Assembly (NCBI GenBank): GCA_964430885.1
Contig: CAYSHM010000036.1
Location: 1 to 17,848 of the forward strand
From: an uncultured archaeon
GTDB taxonomy: Archaea; Thermoplasmatota; Penumbrarchaeia; JASLWR01
Length of the DNA stretch: 17,848 bases
Direction of reading: 5' to 3'
Shown in pieces: positions 1-8,400 of the stretch. The translations under genes and the position numbers were made by a program. Positions within the stretch are counted from its first letter, which is position 1; each line of letters starts with the position of its first letter. The notes below the pieces were generated by a model. The model did not search any database. It worked only from the letters and a program-made list of their open reading frames with translations, and had not been told where the DNA came from.

Positions 1-289
1 TCATTTTTAATTCAGTAGTTAGATCAACATCATATAATTGTGCTAATCGTAAGGTGAAGTAAAGTACATCTGAGATCTCTTCGGTTAATTTTTCCCGCTT
101 TTCATTGTCTTTGAACATTTCATTAATTTGATGCTCTGTTTTAAAACGAAAGTGTTGCAGTAATTCTCCAGCTTCGGTAACCATACCAATTGCTAATTCT
201 TTAGCATTATGGAATTGTTTCCAATCTCTCTCTTCACAGAACTTTTTTACTAAGAGTTTCAGGTCTAAAATAGTGGTTTCTTTGTCCAT
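1..289 (-). CDS. MazG-like nucleotide pyrophosphohydrolase (dCTP pyrophosphatase/RS21-C6-like), 3'-truncated by the window edge
   Basis: Not in the ORF track. Manual translation from the ATG at 289: MDKETTILDLKLLVKKFCEERDWKQFHNAKELAIGMVTEAGELLQHFRFK...EKLTEEISDVLYFTLRLAQLYDVDLTTELKM, open to the edge. ERDWxQFH, EAGEL and EEISDV are the ExxE...ExxD metal motifs of the family. Confidence 0.88.
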   Translation of the reverse strand, partial: MDKETTILDLKLLVKKFCEERDWKQFHNAKELAIGMVTEAGELLQHFRFKTEHQINEMFKDNEKREKLTEEISDVLYFTLRLAQLYDVDLTTELKM

Positions 290-311
290 CGATTTGTAAT
301 TTTATATTGTA

Positions 312-326
312 TTAATAAGTTTTAGG
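312..326 (-). promoter_or_regulatory. Putative TATA/BRE for the MazG-like gene
   Basis: Minus strand AAAACTTATTAA, with the TATA ending about 23 nt before the ATG at 289. Confidence 0.4.
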
Positions 327-489
327 TCCTAAAAAGGATTTGAATTCAAAATTGTATAGCTCTCTTCACATTAGCACTTAATGACCTAGAGGCACCATGA
401 AATCTACTTCCCCCATCTTCTAACCCCACCTTCTCTCCCCCCGCGGCCTCAATATTTACAAATAATCCTCATTTAGTTCCAATTCTTAC

Positions 490-547
490 CGCTAACTTTA
501 TACAATATCAAGCCGGAAATACGGACTAATATAATATCAGGAGGTGA
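490..547 (+). promoter_or_regulatory. Putative TATA box (CTTTATAC) and Shine-Dalgarno GGAGGTGA for the cold-shock gene
   Basis: AACTTTATAC near 495-504; GGAGGTGA at 540-547, 7 nt before the ATG at 555. Confidence 0.6.
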
Positions 548-554
548 TTCACTC

Positions 555-746
555 ATGGAAGGTACAGTGAAATTCTTCAATAATATGAAAAATTTTGGTT
601 TTATCGAGCCCGATGACGGTGGAAAGGATTTGTTCGTCCATCGCAGCGGTATTGTCAGCGGTCCGATTAATGAGGGTGACCGAGTGGAATTTGAAGCTCA
701 ATCCACAGACCGTGGTCTTCAGGCTATCGATGTAAAGAAGATCTGA
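555..746 (+). CDS. cspA: Cold-shock domain protein (CspA family)
   Basis: 63 aa; GTVKFFN, RNP1-like NFGFI, RNP2 LFVH, GDRVEF...GLQAIDV; strong SD. Confidence 0.95.
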   Translation: MEGTVKFFNNMKNFGFIEPDDGGKDLFVHRSGIVSGPINEGDRVEFEAQSTDRGLQAIDVKKI

Positions 747-772
747 TCAGGCCTTTATCATCAGGTCAGCAG

Positions 773-822
773 AAACACCCTGGAATTTCATTTTTTTCCA
801 GGGGTTTTTTTATTATTTTTTT
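773..822 (+). terminator. Hairpin plus T-tract terminator after csp
   Basis: CCCTGGAA (778-785) pairs with TTCCAGGG (796-803), followed by T-runs at 805-822. Confidence 0.7.
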
Positions 823-881
823 ATAATATAATCGTAGTAATCACATTAACTTTTATTTACAACAAATTCCATCTACCCACT

Positions 882-1487
882 GTGAGTGCTATTCCTATTC
901 AAGATGACGACATACCCGAGCTTGAACCCGTTGTAGAAATTCTACCTGAATTCGACCTCACTCAAAGGGACGTCATATGGCTTCATCGAAGGGCGAACAT
1001 ACTTCTGCAGATAACAAAGAACAGGGGTCAGGACCCAGAGGAGTTCAAGGGACCCTACCTGGAAGCTATCGGATACCACGAACATAAGGATTATACCAAT
1101 GCATACCGTAAATTTGAAAGTATCATCACCTTAATGGAAGGCCTTCTCATGGAGGACACTTCGTCTCTTTCTATGGAACCAGTAAAACCACCGGAACCGC
1201 AAGACAGAGAGGAGGCTCTCATAGAGCTCAAACCCTATTACCGCGATCCTGATAAAGAACAGGTCAAAAAGACAATTCCTCTGACCGAAGAGGAGGAACG
1301 GCTGTTCAGGTCCGGTCATGAGAGTGACGATACCGAGATAGAATTACTGGCCCTTGAACCTTTGGGCATCACAAAGGAGCAGGTGGAAACCAGGTACCGA
1401 AAGGCTCTCACCCTGTATGAGAAGGGAAAGTACCTAAAAGCTCTTAAGATCCTCAAAGAACTCAACTTCTATATCAAGGACGAATAA
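882..1487 (+). CDS. Hypothetical acidic protein with two TPR-like helical hairpins
   Basis: 201 aa, GTG start about 24 nt after TTTTATTT (851-858). Segments YLEAIGYHEHKDYTNAYRKFESII and YRKALTLYEKGKYLKALKILKEL are separated by an acidic Pro-rich linker. Confidence 0.6.
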   Translation: MSAIPIQDDDIPELEPVVEILPEFDLTQRDVIWLHRRANILLQITKNRGQDPEEFKGPYLEAIGYHEHKDYTNAYRKFESIITLMEGLLMEDTSSLSMEPVKPPEPQDREEALIELKPYYRDPDKEQVKKTIPLTEEEERLFRSGHESDDTEIELLALEPLGITKEQVETRYRKALTLYEKGKYLKALKILKELNFYIKDE

Positions 1488-2579
1488 CTACAGTCCCAGC
1501 ACGTTCCAGGGTTTCGGGAACAGCACCCAGTGACCATTGACGAATGTTAATCCGTCCACTGTCATCCCGACGCTCTCCCCGGGTTTGACAAACTTAAAGA
1601 AATAAATAACAATTCCCTCCCTGATCTTGTATGAGGCCCTAGCGTATCCGCCGGGAAAATTGAAGGCCTTCTGGTTCTGCTCCCGTAGGTCCTCTATCGT
1701 GGCCTCGAAGAGCATGAGGTCGGTCTGTCCCTCCTGAGGCCCCAGACCCTTTTCAGGCATCTTCCATAGATCCTGGTATTTCAGGAAAGCCTTCTCTGCG
1801 GTATCGTCGGTAAAATAGGCAAAATAATCCTCCTTTAAGGGTTCCAGGGAGTTGGTGACATCCTCATTATCCAGTTCCGGATCGAAATACTGCATTAGAA
1901 GATCGCTTGCCTCCTTCATCCTGTCCCCAACTTTTTTCTTGATCATTCTTTCGGGATCATCGGCGAATCTCTTCAGGTCCATGAGTGCGTTCATCCTGAT
2001 GATACGGTCTTCCGACATAAGTTCGGTGATTATTTTCTCCAGTTCCGGGGGGCGCTCCCTTTCATATTCCTCGATACCGAGCCTTTGGAATAATGCGTTC
2101 CTTATGGCATATTCATCATCACCTGCGCTCCTCCAGGCCTCTGCAAGGGCCATATCCACGTCACCGCCGGATATCTTTGATATTACTCGGGCAGCATCGC
2201 TTCTGACCTCGGGTCCGGGTGCATAGGTCATTATCTCCTCAAGTACAATGACGGCGTCAGGATGCATCTCAAGCTCCCAGAGAGCATCCGCAAGGGCAAC
2301 CCTGGTGTAATTATTGGGGTAAAGAAAAAGAGCTTTTCTCATCTCCTCTTTCGCCTTTTCGGATCCAATCATCTTCAGGGCCCGGGGCACCCTTGGATCA
2401 TCCTTTCCTGCATCCAATCTCTCAAGGAGCAGTATCTGGGCGGCTTCTCTCTCAGCCCCCAGAAGCATTGATAGAGCCCCCAAGTCGAAATCCTCCATCT
2501 CTGCCTGACTGGATGGACCCGCAAGCACGCTCCGTGCAAACCTGTGGTATTCATCTGAACCCTTTTTTTCTTCTGTCAT
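1488..2579 (-). CDS. HEAT/PBS-lyase-like repeat protein with an uncharacterised C-terminal domain
   Basis: 363 aa. HEAT-like repeats (DDPRVPRAL, YTRVALADAL, PEVRSDAARVI, RIIRMNALMDL). The C-terminal domain contains FPGGY...FKFVKPGE..GM..DGL..VNGHWVLFPKPW. A G-rich SD-like tract lies upstream. Confidence 0.7.
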   Translation of the reverse strand: MTEEKKGSDEYHRFARSVLAGPSSQAEMEDFDLGALSMLLGAEREAAQILLLERLDAGKDDPRVPRALKMIGSEKAKEEMRKALFLYPNNYTRVALADALWELEMHPDAVIVLEEIMTYAPGPEVRSDAARVISKISGGDVDMALAEAWRSAGDDEYAIRNALFQRLGIEEYERERPPELEKIITELMSEDRIIRMNALMDLKRFADDPERMIKKKVGDRMKEASDLLMQYFDPELDNEDVTNSLEPLKEDYFAYFTDDTAEKAFLKYQDLWKMPEKGLGPQEGQTDLMLFEATIEDLREQNQKAFNFPGGYARASYKIREGIVIYFFKFVKPGESVGMTVDGLTFVNGHWVLFPKPWNVLGL

Positions 2580-2592
2580 ATTGCCCCCCTTT

Positions 2593-3087
2593 TTATCTTA
2601 AGACCTTCAGAACCTCAACCTCGTGCTCGCTGATCTTGGAGATCATATAAGAGATAGGTCCCGGCAGGGACATGTAAAGGCTGTTGAATAGTATCTCTCC
2701 AGCAGGGTCCGAGGGTGCCAGCTTTCTTACATTGATGGTGCCGTTATAACATTTCAGATATCCCACGCACCGAGCCTCTGAAAGCTGGTTCCTGAAAAGG
2801 ACATACAGCTCACCTGACATAGGTGTGGTCCCGTCCCCGTACCTCATGAGAAGTTTGTAGCGCTCGTTATAGAAGGAGGCAATAGTATCTGAGCCGTTCT
2901 TCAGCATCTGTCTTTTCTCTTCTTTGATCCGGATAACGCTATCTTCGAATCTCAAAAGGTCAAAATCTCTGGAATAGAAGGTGCTGCCTTTGGGGTTGAT
3001 TCTGTTATTTATAACATCCGCTATATCCTGCCAGTAATCGTTTGCAACTTCATATATCTTTAGAGCTGAAGAGGGAATTATTCTCAT
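2593..3087 (-). CDS. Hypothetical protein
   Basis: 164 aa with ATG. BRE/TATA-like CCGAAAACTATAATT lies about 25 nt upstream. The 13-nt gap to the next gene suggests an operon. No family recognised. Confidence 0.6.
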   Translation of the reverse strand: MRIIPSSALKIYEVANDYWQDIADVINNRINPKGSTFYSRDFDLLRFEDSVIRIKEEKRQMLKNGSDTIASFYNERYKLLMRYGDGTTPMSGELYVLFRNQLSEARCVGYLKCYNGTINVRKLAPSDPAGEILFNSLYMSLPGPISYMISKISEHEVEVLKVLR

Positions 3088-3149
3088 ATTATCAGTTTAT
3101 GTAATGTGTTTAATTATAGTTTTCGGTGATTTGATGTTCTGAATTTATT

Positions 3150-5348
3150 CTATTCATTTGACCTTTTGAGCATTTCACCTGCTATAACGTTCTGTCCCAC
3201 GCATATACCGCCGTCGCCGTTTGGTATGTTGTGATGCAGTATTATCTCCAGATCGTTAAACTCACCAGTACACTCCACGAACATCCTTGTTATGGGCTCA
3301 TTATATGTAACCCCTCCTGTTAGCCCAATATACTTGATCCCATTATCAACCGCATACTCATAGGCATATCTGGTCATGGCATATACCAGATCAGATACGA
3401 ACGAATAAGCCAGATCGCATTTCTCTTCATACTTCTCGGGCTTACCCAGCTGGAACAGTTTCCTGAATGCGGGAACGGTCCGGATGACCCCGTCAACAAC
3501 CTCAAATTCAAAAGCGTAATTCTTCTTACCTGCAGATAATAACCTCTCAAGTTTCATGGCAGGCTCTCCGCTGTAGCTCCTGTATCTGCAAACCCTGAAG
3601 TAAGCCGAAAGAGCATCCAGCACCCTTCCCATACTTGAGGTCTTTAATCCATTATCAATAAGCATGGGCAGGTTCGTCAAGAATCCCCCGTCAAATCTAT
3701 CCCTGCCTGCACCGGTACCGGTAAGCTCTCCTAGGGCCAGGACCAATCTGTCAGGCTCCCTGATCGCCTTCTCACCGCCCAGGAGGGGAATATGCTCCAG
3801 ATGTCCTATTCTTTTATAATTCAAAAAAGTACAATCAAGCACCTCTCCGCCCCAGATTGTGCCGTCAGGCCCCCATCCGCTCCCGTCCAGACTGAGGACC
3901 ACGGTCCTATCCTTCACTTCATTATCCATCATAAGGGAAACACCATGGGCCCAGTGGTGCGGTATGTCAACAATTTTCCCTCCAAGCTCGTCTGCGGTCC
4001 TTCTGGTTGCATACTTGGGGTGCATATCCCTGACCACTATGTCCGGTTCAGTTACACCCAATAACTTTTTCATATGGGAATATGCTTCCTTCAGGAACTC
4101 ACCAGTCTCGTAATGCTTGGTGTTGCCTATATACTGTGAAAGGAATAGTTTGTTTTTTCTGGAAACACTCACCGCAACATTCTCCTCGGCACCAACTGAA
4201 ACTATGGTTTGATCATATTCAACAGTCAGGGGGTCCGGTATGAATCCACGGGATTTTCTTATGAAATGACGCCCGCCGTTATGAACCCTCATGACTGTGT
4301 CGTCCACTCTCTGTATTATGCCCCTGTTGTGGAGTAGGTACATGTCCAGATCCAGGTCGAACACTTTGCTATTCTCCATGCATATCGGTTCACCGGGCAG
4401 GTTGGCTGATGTTGCCACTATCCCGTCCCGGTCATAATATTTGAACAATAGATAGTGCGCCGGAGAGTAGGGGAGCATCATGCCAACGGTATCCAGATCG
4501 GGGGCTATGCCTTTCATTTTTTCTTTTTTTCGCACAAGCACAATAGGTCTCTGTACTGACGTTAAATGCTCTATCTCATCGGGAGTGGGATCCGCATACT
4601 TCAGTACCGCTTCCATATCCCGCATTAATACAGCAAAAGGTTTCTGGGGCCGGTGATACAATTCCCTCAATCGATCAACAGCATCAAATCCACCGCATAT
4701 GTGCATTCCGCCCCAGCTCTTCAGGACACCCACCTTCCCCTCAATCAGACAAGAAGCAAACTCAATAAAACACTTCTCCTGATCATTCACAACCCTATCA
4801 CCGATATGCAGCACATACTTCGGACCGCACTGGGGACAGGATGTTGTCTGGGCATGGAACCTGCGGTTACCAGGGTCTCTGTACTCGACCAAACAATCCG
4901 GACACATCTCGAAGTCCGACATGGAGGTCTTTTCCCGATCGTACGGAACATCGGCTATCAGGGAATACCTGGCACCGCAGTCGGTGCAGTTTATGAAGGG
5001 GTAACCGAATCTTCTATCCTCCGCATCCCGCAGCTCATCAACGCAATTATCACAGATGGCAGTATCCGACGGAATTACAGAGGCCCTGCTGCCTTCCTTG
5101 CTGAACAATATCGAAAAATCGGCACCTTCAACATGAAAATCCTCGACCTCCACATTGTCTATCCTCGCTAGGGGCGGAAGTGCCTTCTTCAGCTCCTCCA
5201 GAAAGAGCTCGTGGTCCCCATCCACCGCAACCTCCACGTTGGCTCCCATGTTGCATACGTATCCTGCAAGGCCAAGTCCCTTTGCTACATTATATACAGA
5301 GGGTCTGAAACCCACTCCCTGTACTATACCGAATATTCGAAGTCTCAT
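3150..5348 (-). CDS. hypF: Carbamoyltransferase HypF ([NiFe]-hydrogenase maturation)
   Basis: 732 aa. Acylphosphatase-like GIVQGVGFRP, zinc fingers CDNC/CTDCG/CPDC/CPQCGP, YrdC-like (TSANLPGEP), and Kae1-like HHWAH, DGSGWGPDGTIWGGE and PNGDGGICVGQ. Confidence 0.97.
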   Translation of the reverse strand: MRLRIFGIVQGVGFRPSVYNVAKGLGLAGYVCNMGANVEVAVDGDHELFLEELKKALPPLARIDNVEVEDFHVEGADFSILFSKEGSRASVIPSDTAICDNCVDELRDAEDRRFGYPFINCTDCGARYSLIADVPYDREKTSMSDFEMCPDCLVEYRDPGNRRFHAQTTSCPQCGPKYVLHIGDRVVNDQEKCFIEFASCLIEGKVGVLKSWGGMHICGGFDAVDRLRELYHRPQKPFAVLMRDMEAVLKYADPTPDEIEHLTSVQRPIVLVRKKEKMKGIAPDLDTVGMMLPYSPAHYLLFKYYDRDGIVATSANLPGEPICMENSKVFDLDLDMYLLHNRGIIQRVDDTVMRVHNGGRHFIRKSRGFIPDPLTVEYDQTIVSVGAEENVAVSVSRKNKLFLSQYIGNTKHYETGEFLKEAYSHMKKLLGVTEPDIVVRDMHPKYATRRTADELGGKIVDIPHHWAHGVSLMMDNEVKDRTVVLSLDGSGWGPDGTIWGGEVLDCTFLNYKRIGHLEHIPLLGGEKAIREPDRLVLALGELTGTGAGRDRFDGGFLTNLPMLIDNGLKTSSMGRVLDALSAYFRVCRYRSYSGEPAMKLERLLSAGKKNYAFEFEVVDGVIRTVPAFRKLFQLGKPEKYEEKCDLAYSFVSDLVYAMTRYAYEYAVDNGIKYIGLTGGVTYNEPITRMFVECTGEFNDLEIILHHNIPNGDGGICVGQNVIAGEMLKRSNE

Positions 5349-5491
5349 GCCGCATCAGCAAGGCGGTAAAATCCTTGAATCCTTATTCAAATTTTCCAAT
5401 AAATCTCCCATTCATGAAAAGAGCGCACTACATCTGCAAAAAATATAATAAATAGCGGTGAATATGGGTAATTAATAGGGAGGAAATCATT
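5349..5491. promoter_or_regulatory. Divergent promoter region between hypF and polC
   Basis: 143-nt AT-rich spacer. AAAAAATATAATAAATA (about 5437-5453) is BRE/TATA-like for polC; GGGAGG SD at 5478-5483 precedes the TTG at 5492. Confidence 0.5.
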
Positions 5492-8400
5492 TTGAGCTCC
5501 AAGGGAAAATCGGATAAAGGCGTCGCATGCAGCGAGGAGATGAAAGCCTATTTTCAGGCACTCCATAGTGAAAGCCGTAGATGCTACGATGTGGCCGAAA
5601 AAGCCCGAGCAAGGGGTTTCGATCCGGAGATATTTGTGGAGATCCCTCCTGCGGAGAACCTGTCCTCCCGAGTGGAAAAGCTTGTGGGACCAGAGGGTAT
5701 CACCAAGGTTATAGAGGACTTTCTTAAGAAGGAGAAGGACGGCAACAGGTCGATGGTGGCCATCAAGGTGGCAAAGTATATCGTCAACGAGCTTGAGTTC
5801 GAGGACCGGGAAGAAGCATTGGACCAGGCCGTCAGAACCGGATTGGCCATTGTCACCGAAGGAGTACTTGTGGCTCCCCTGGAAGGCGTCAGCGAGGTGA
5901 ACATCAAAAGAAACGATTCCGGCAGTGAATACCTCCGGCTGTCCTTTGCAGGGCCAATTCGATCAGCAGGAGGAACCGGTCAGGCTGTAGGCTGTCTCAT
6001 AGCAGACGTTGTGAGAAGAGAGATGAATCTGGAGCCCTTCGAGGTCAGAAATGACGAAGTAGAGCGTCTGAAGGAAGAGTTTCAGTTAAGGAAAGCTTCC
6101 CAGTATTCACCGTCGGATGCTGAGATAGAGAACATAGCCCGGAACTGTCCAATATGCCTTGACGGCGACGGGTCAGAACCCTCAGAGGTGGCAGGCTACC
6201 GTAATCTAGACCGAGTGTCCACCAACCAGGTAAGGGGTGGTCTCTGTCTGGTCATGGCCGAGGGTCTCTGTCAGAAGGCCAAAAAGATCAAGAAGCTTGT
6301 GGATAACCTTCATCTCGAGGGCTGGGATTTCATAACCGCCATGATAAAGGATGACGACAAGGCCAAGGACGGGGAAGAGAAGAACGAACCGAAGGACATG
6401 TACAATTATACTCCTAAACCCAAGCTCAAGTTCTTGGAAAAAGTAATAGCCGGTCGTCCTGTGATCGCATATCCCAGCGCTCATGGGGCCTTCAGGTTGC
6501 GCTACGGCAGAGGCCGGACCTGCGGACTTGCAGCCATTGCCATACATCCCGCCACAATGGCTGTTCTCAACGATTTTCTAGCCATAGGCACCCAGATCAA
6601 GATCGAGTTCCCCGGGAAGGCCGGGGGTGTCACACCCTGCGATACCATAGAGGGTCCAATAGTGGAATATTTCTCCGGCGACCTTGTGAAGTTCCATAAG
6701 GCAGAGGATGTTGTGGCCGAGAAAAAGCGCATCAAGAGGATTGTGGACCTCGGGGAGGTTCTGATACCCTTCGGAGAGTTCGCAGAGAACAACCATGTCC
6801 TGTTGCCTCCAGGTTTCGCTCCGGAATGGTGGTACCAGCTCCTGGAAGCAAAGCTCCCCCAAGACTGCACCCCCAAGAAGTCCGCGAGGTCCCTCTACAA
6901 TGCCGATGTGATCGATTCATTCACCCTGTCCAGGGCCCTGGATGTTCCACTGAATCCCCGGTACAATCTCTTCTATCATGATATGTCCCCGGAGACCCTC
7001 GGTTATCTTGCCGAGTACCTGTGCGAGCGTGGAGAGTTCAGGATACCCGGTGACGGGGATTATATGGTGCGTCTCTCGGATCTGGTGGATCTTCTGGAAG
7101 GCCATGAGCCAGATCGTGACCTAACAGCTGAGAACATATCCTCTATGATAAGCTCGGAACGCTCAAAGGGGGTTCTTGTCATTCCCATTGAGAAGGACCG
7201 GCCCTACATGACAATAAAAGAGAGCCTCTGCCGATTGGGTGCCCTGCACACTGTGGACAAGGGGAACCTTCTTATCCATGAGGACTATTCTCTTGCACTG
7301 GTTCTGGGATTGGGTCTCAGAGTTGACGAGAAGGGAAGGATATTCAAATCCAAGGTTCTGGATCAGGAGCATTCCAGGTTCCTTCGGGATATATCCGACG
7401 TAACGGTGATGGATAATGTTCTGGGCAAGGGGCCTGTCCGCTACGAGGACGAGAAGGAATACCTGGAGAAAAGGAATGACCGCTATTGGGGAAACTCAAT
7501 AAGGTTCGTATCTGATGTTTCGGGAATCACCATATATCCCCGGTCTCCCAGCAGGATGGGATGCCGTATGGCCAGACCCGAAAAGGCTTCGGAGAGGAAG
7601 ATGAGCCCGGCTGTTCATTGTCTGTTCCCGCTTTCCGCTTCAGGCGGTTCCCAGAGAAGCATGAAGAAGGCTGTGGAGGAGAAGCGTTTTGATGTGGATA
7701 TAGGCTACCGGGAATGTCCTAAGTGCCATAACCTTTCCCACAGATACTTCTGTGAGAAATGCGAAGCCCATACCGAGGTAACTGATGACTTCAAGGTAAA
7801 GACCCGTAATGTCTATTTCTACAAGGATTTCGGCGAGGCCAGGAAAAAGGTCAACGTATTCGAGGTGCCCATGGTAAAGGGTGTTAAGGGTATGATGTCC
7901 AAGCACAAGACCCCGGAACCTCTGGAAAAGGGTCTTCTCAGGGCCAAGCATGGTATATCTATTTTCAAGGATGGTACTGCCCGGTTCGATATGGTGGACC
8001 TTCCGGTGACACATTTCAAACCCTACGAGATAAACACCCCGGTTGAAAAATTAATAAAACTAGGGTACACCAAGGACATGTACGGGGAGCCTCTTAAGAG
8101 GGACGACCAGATACTTGAACTTAAGGTCCAGGACATAATCTGTCCCGAGAACTGTCTCCGGTATCTCTACAAGGTGTCCCGATTCCTTGACGATATGCTC
8201 TTCAGGTTCTACGGGCTGGATCCCTATTACAATCTGGTAGGTTTCTCGGACCTTATAGGTCATCTCACTGTGGGTCTTGCCCCTCACACATCCGGTGGAG
8301 TGCTCTCCAGAATAATCGGATACTGCAATGTCAGAGCAGGCTACGCACATCCCTTCTACCATGCGGCCAAAAGAAGGAACTGCGATGGTGACGAGGACTG

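Noticed and set aside
228-370. 11-bp direct repeat CTCTCTTCACA at 228-238 and 360-370
   Set aside because: One copy lies inside an intact coding frame, and a single short low-complexity repeat can arise by chance.
8360-8400. Intein in DP2 at the common RRN|CDGDED site
   Set aside because: The sequence reads HAAKRRNCDGDED uninterrupted, and no intein motifs were seen elsewhere in the ORF.
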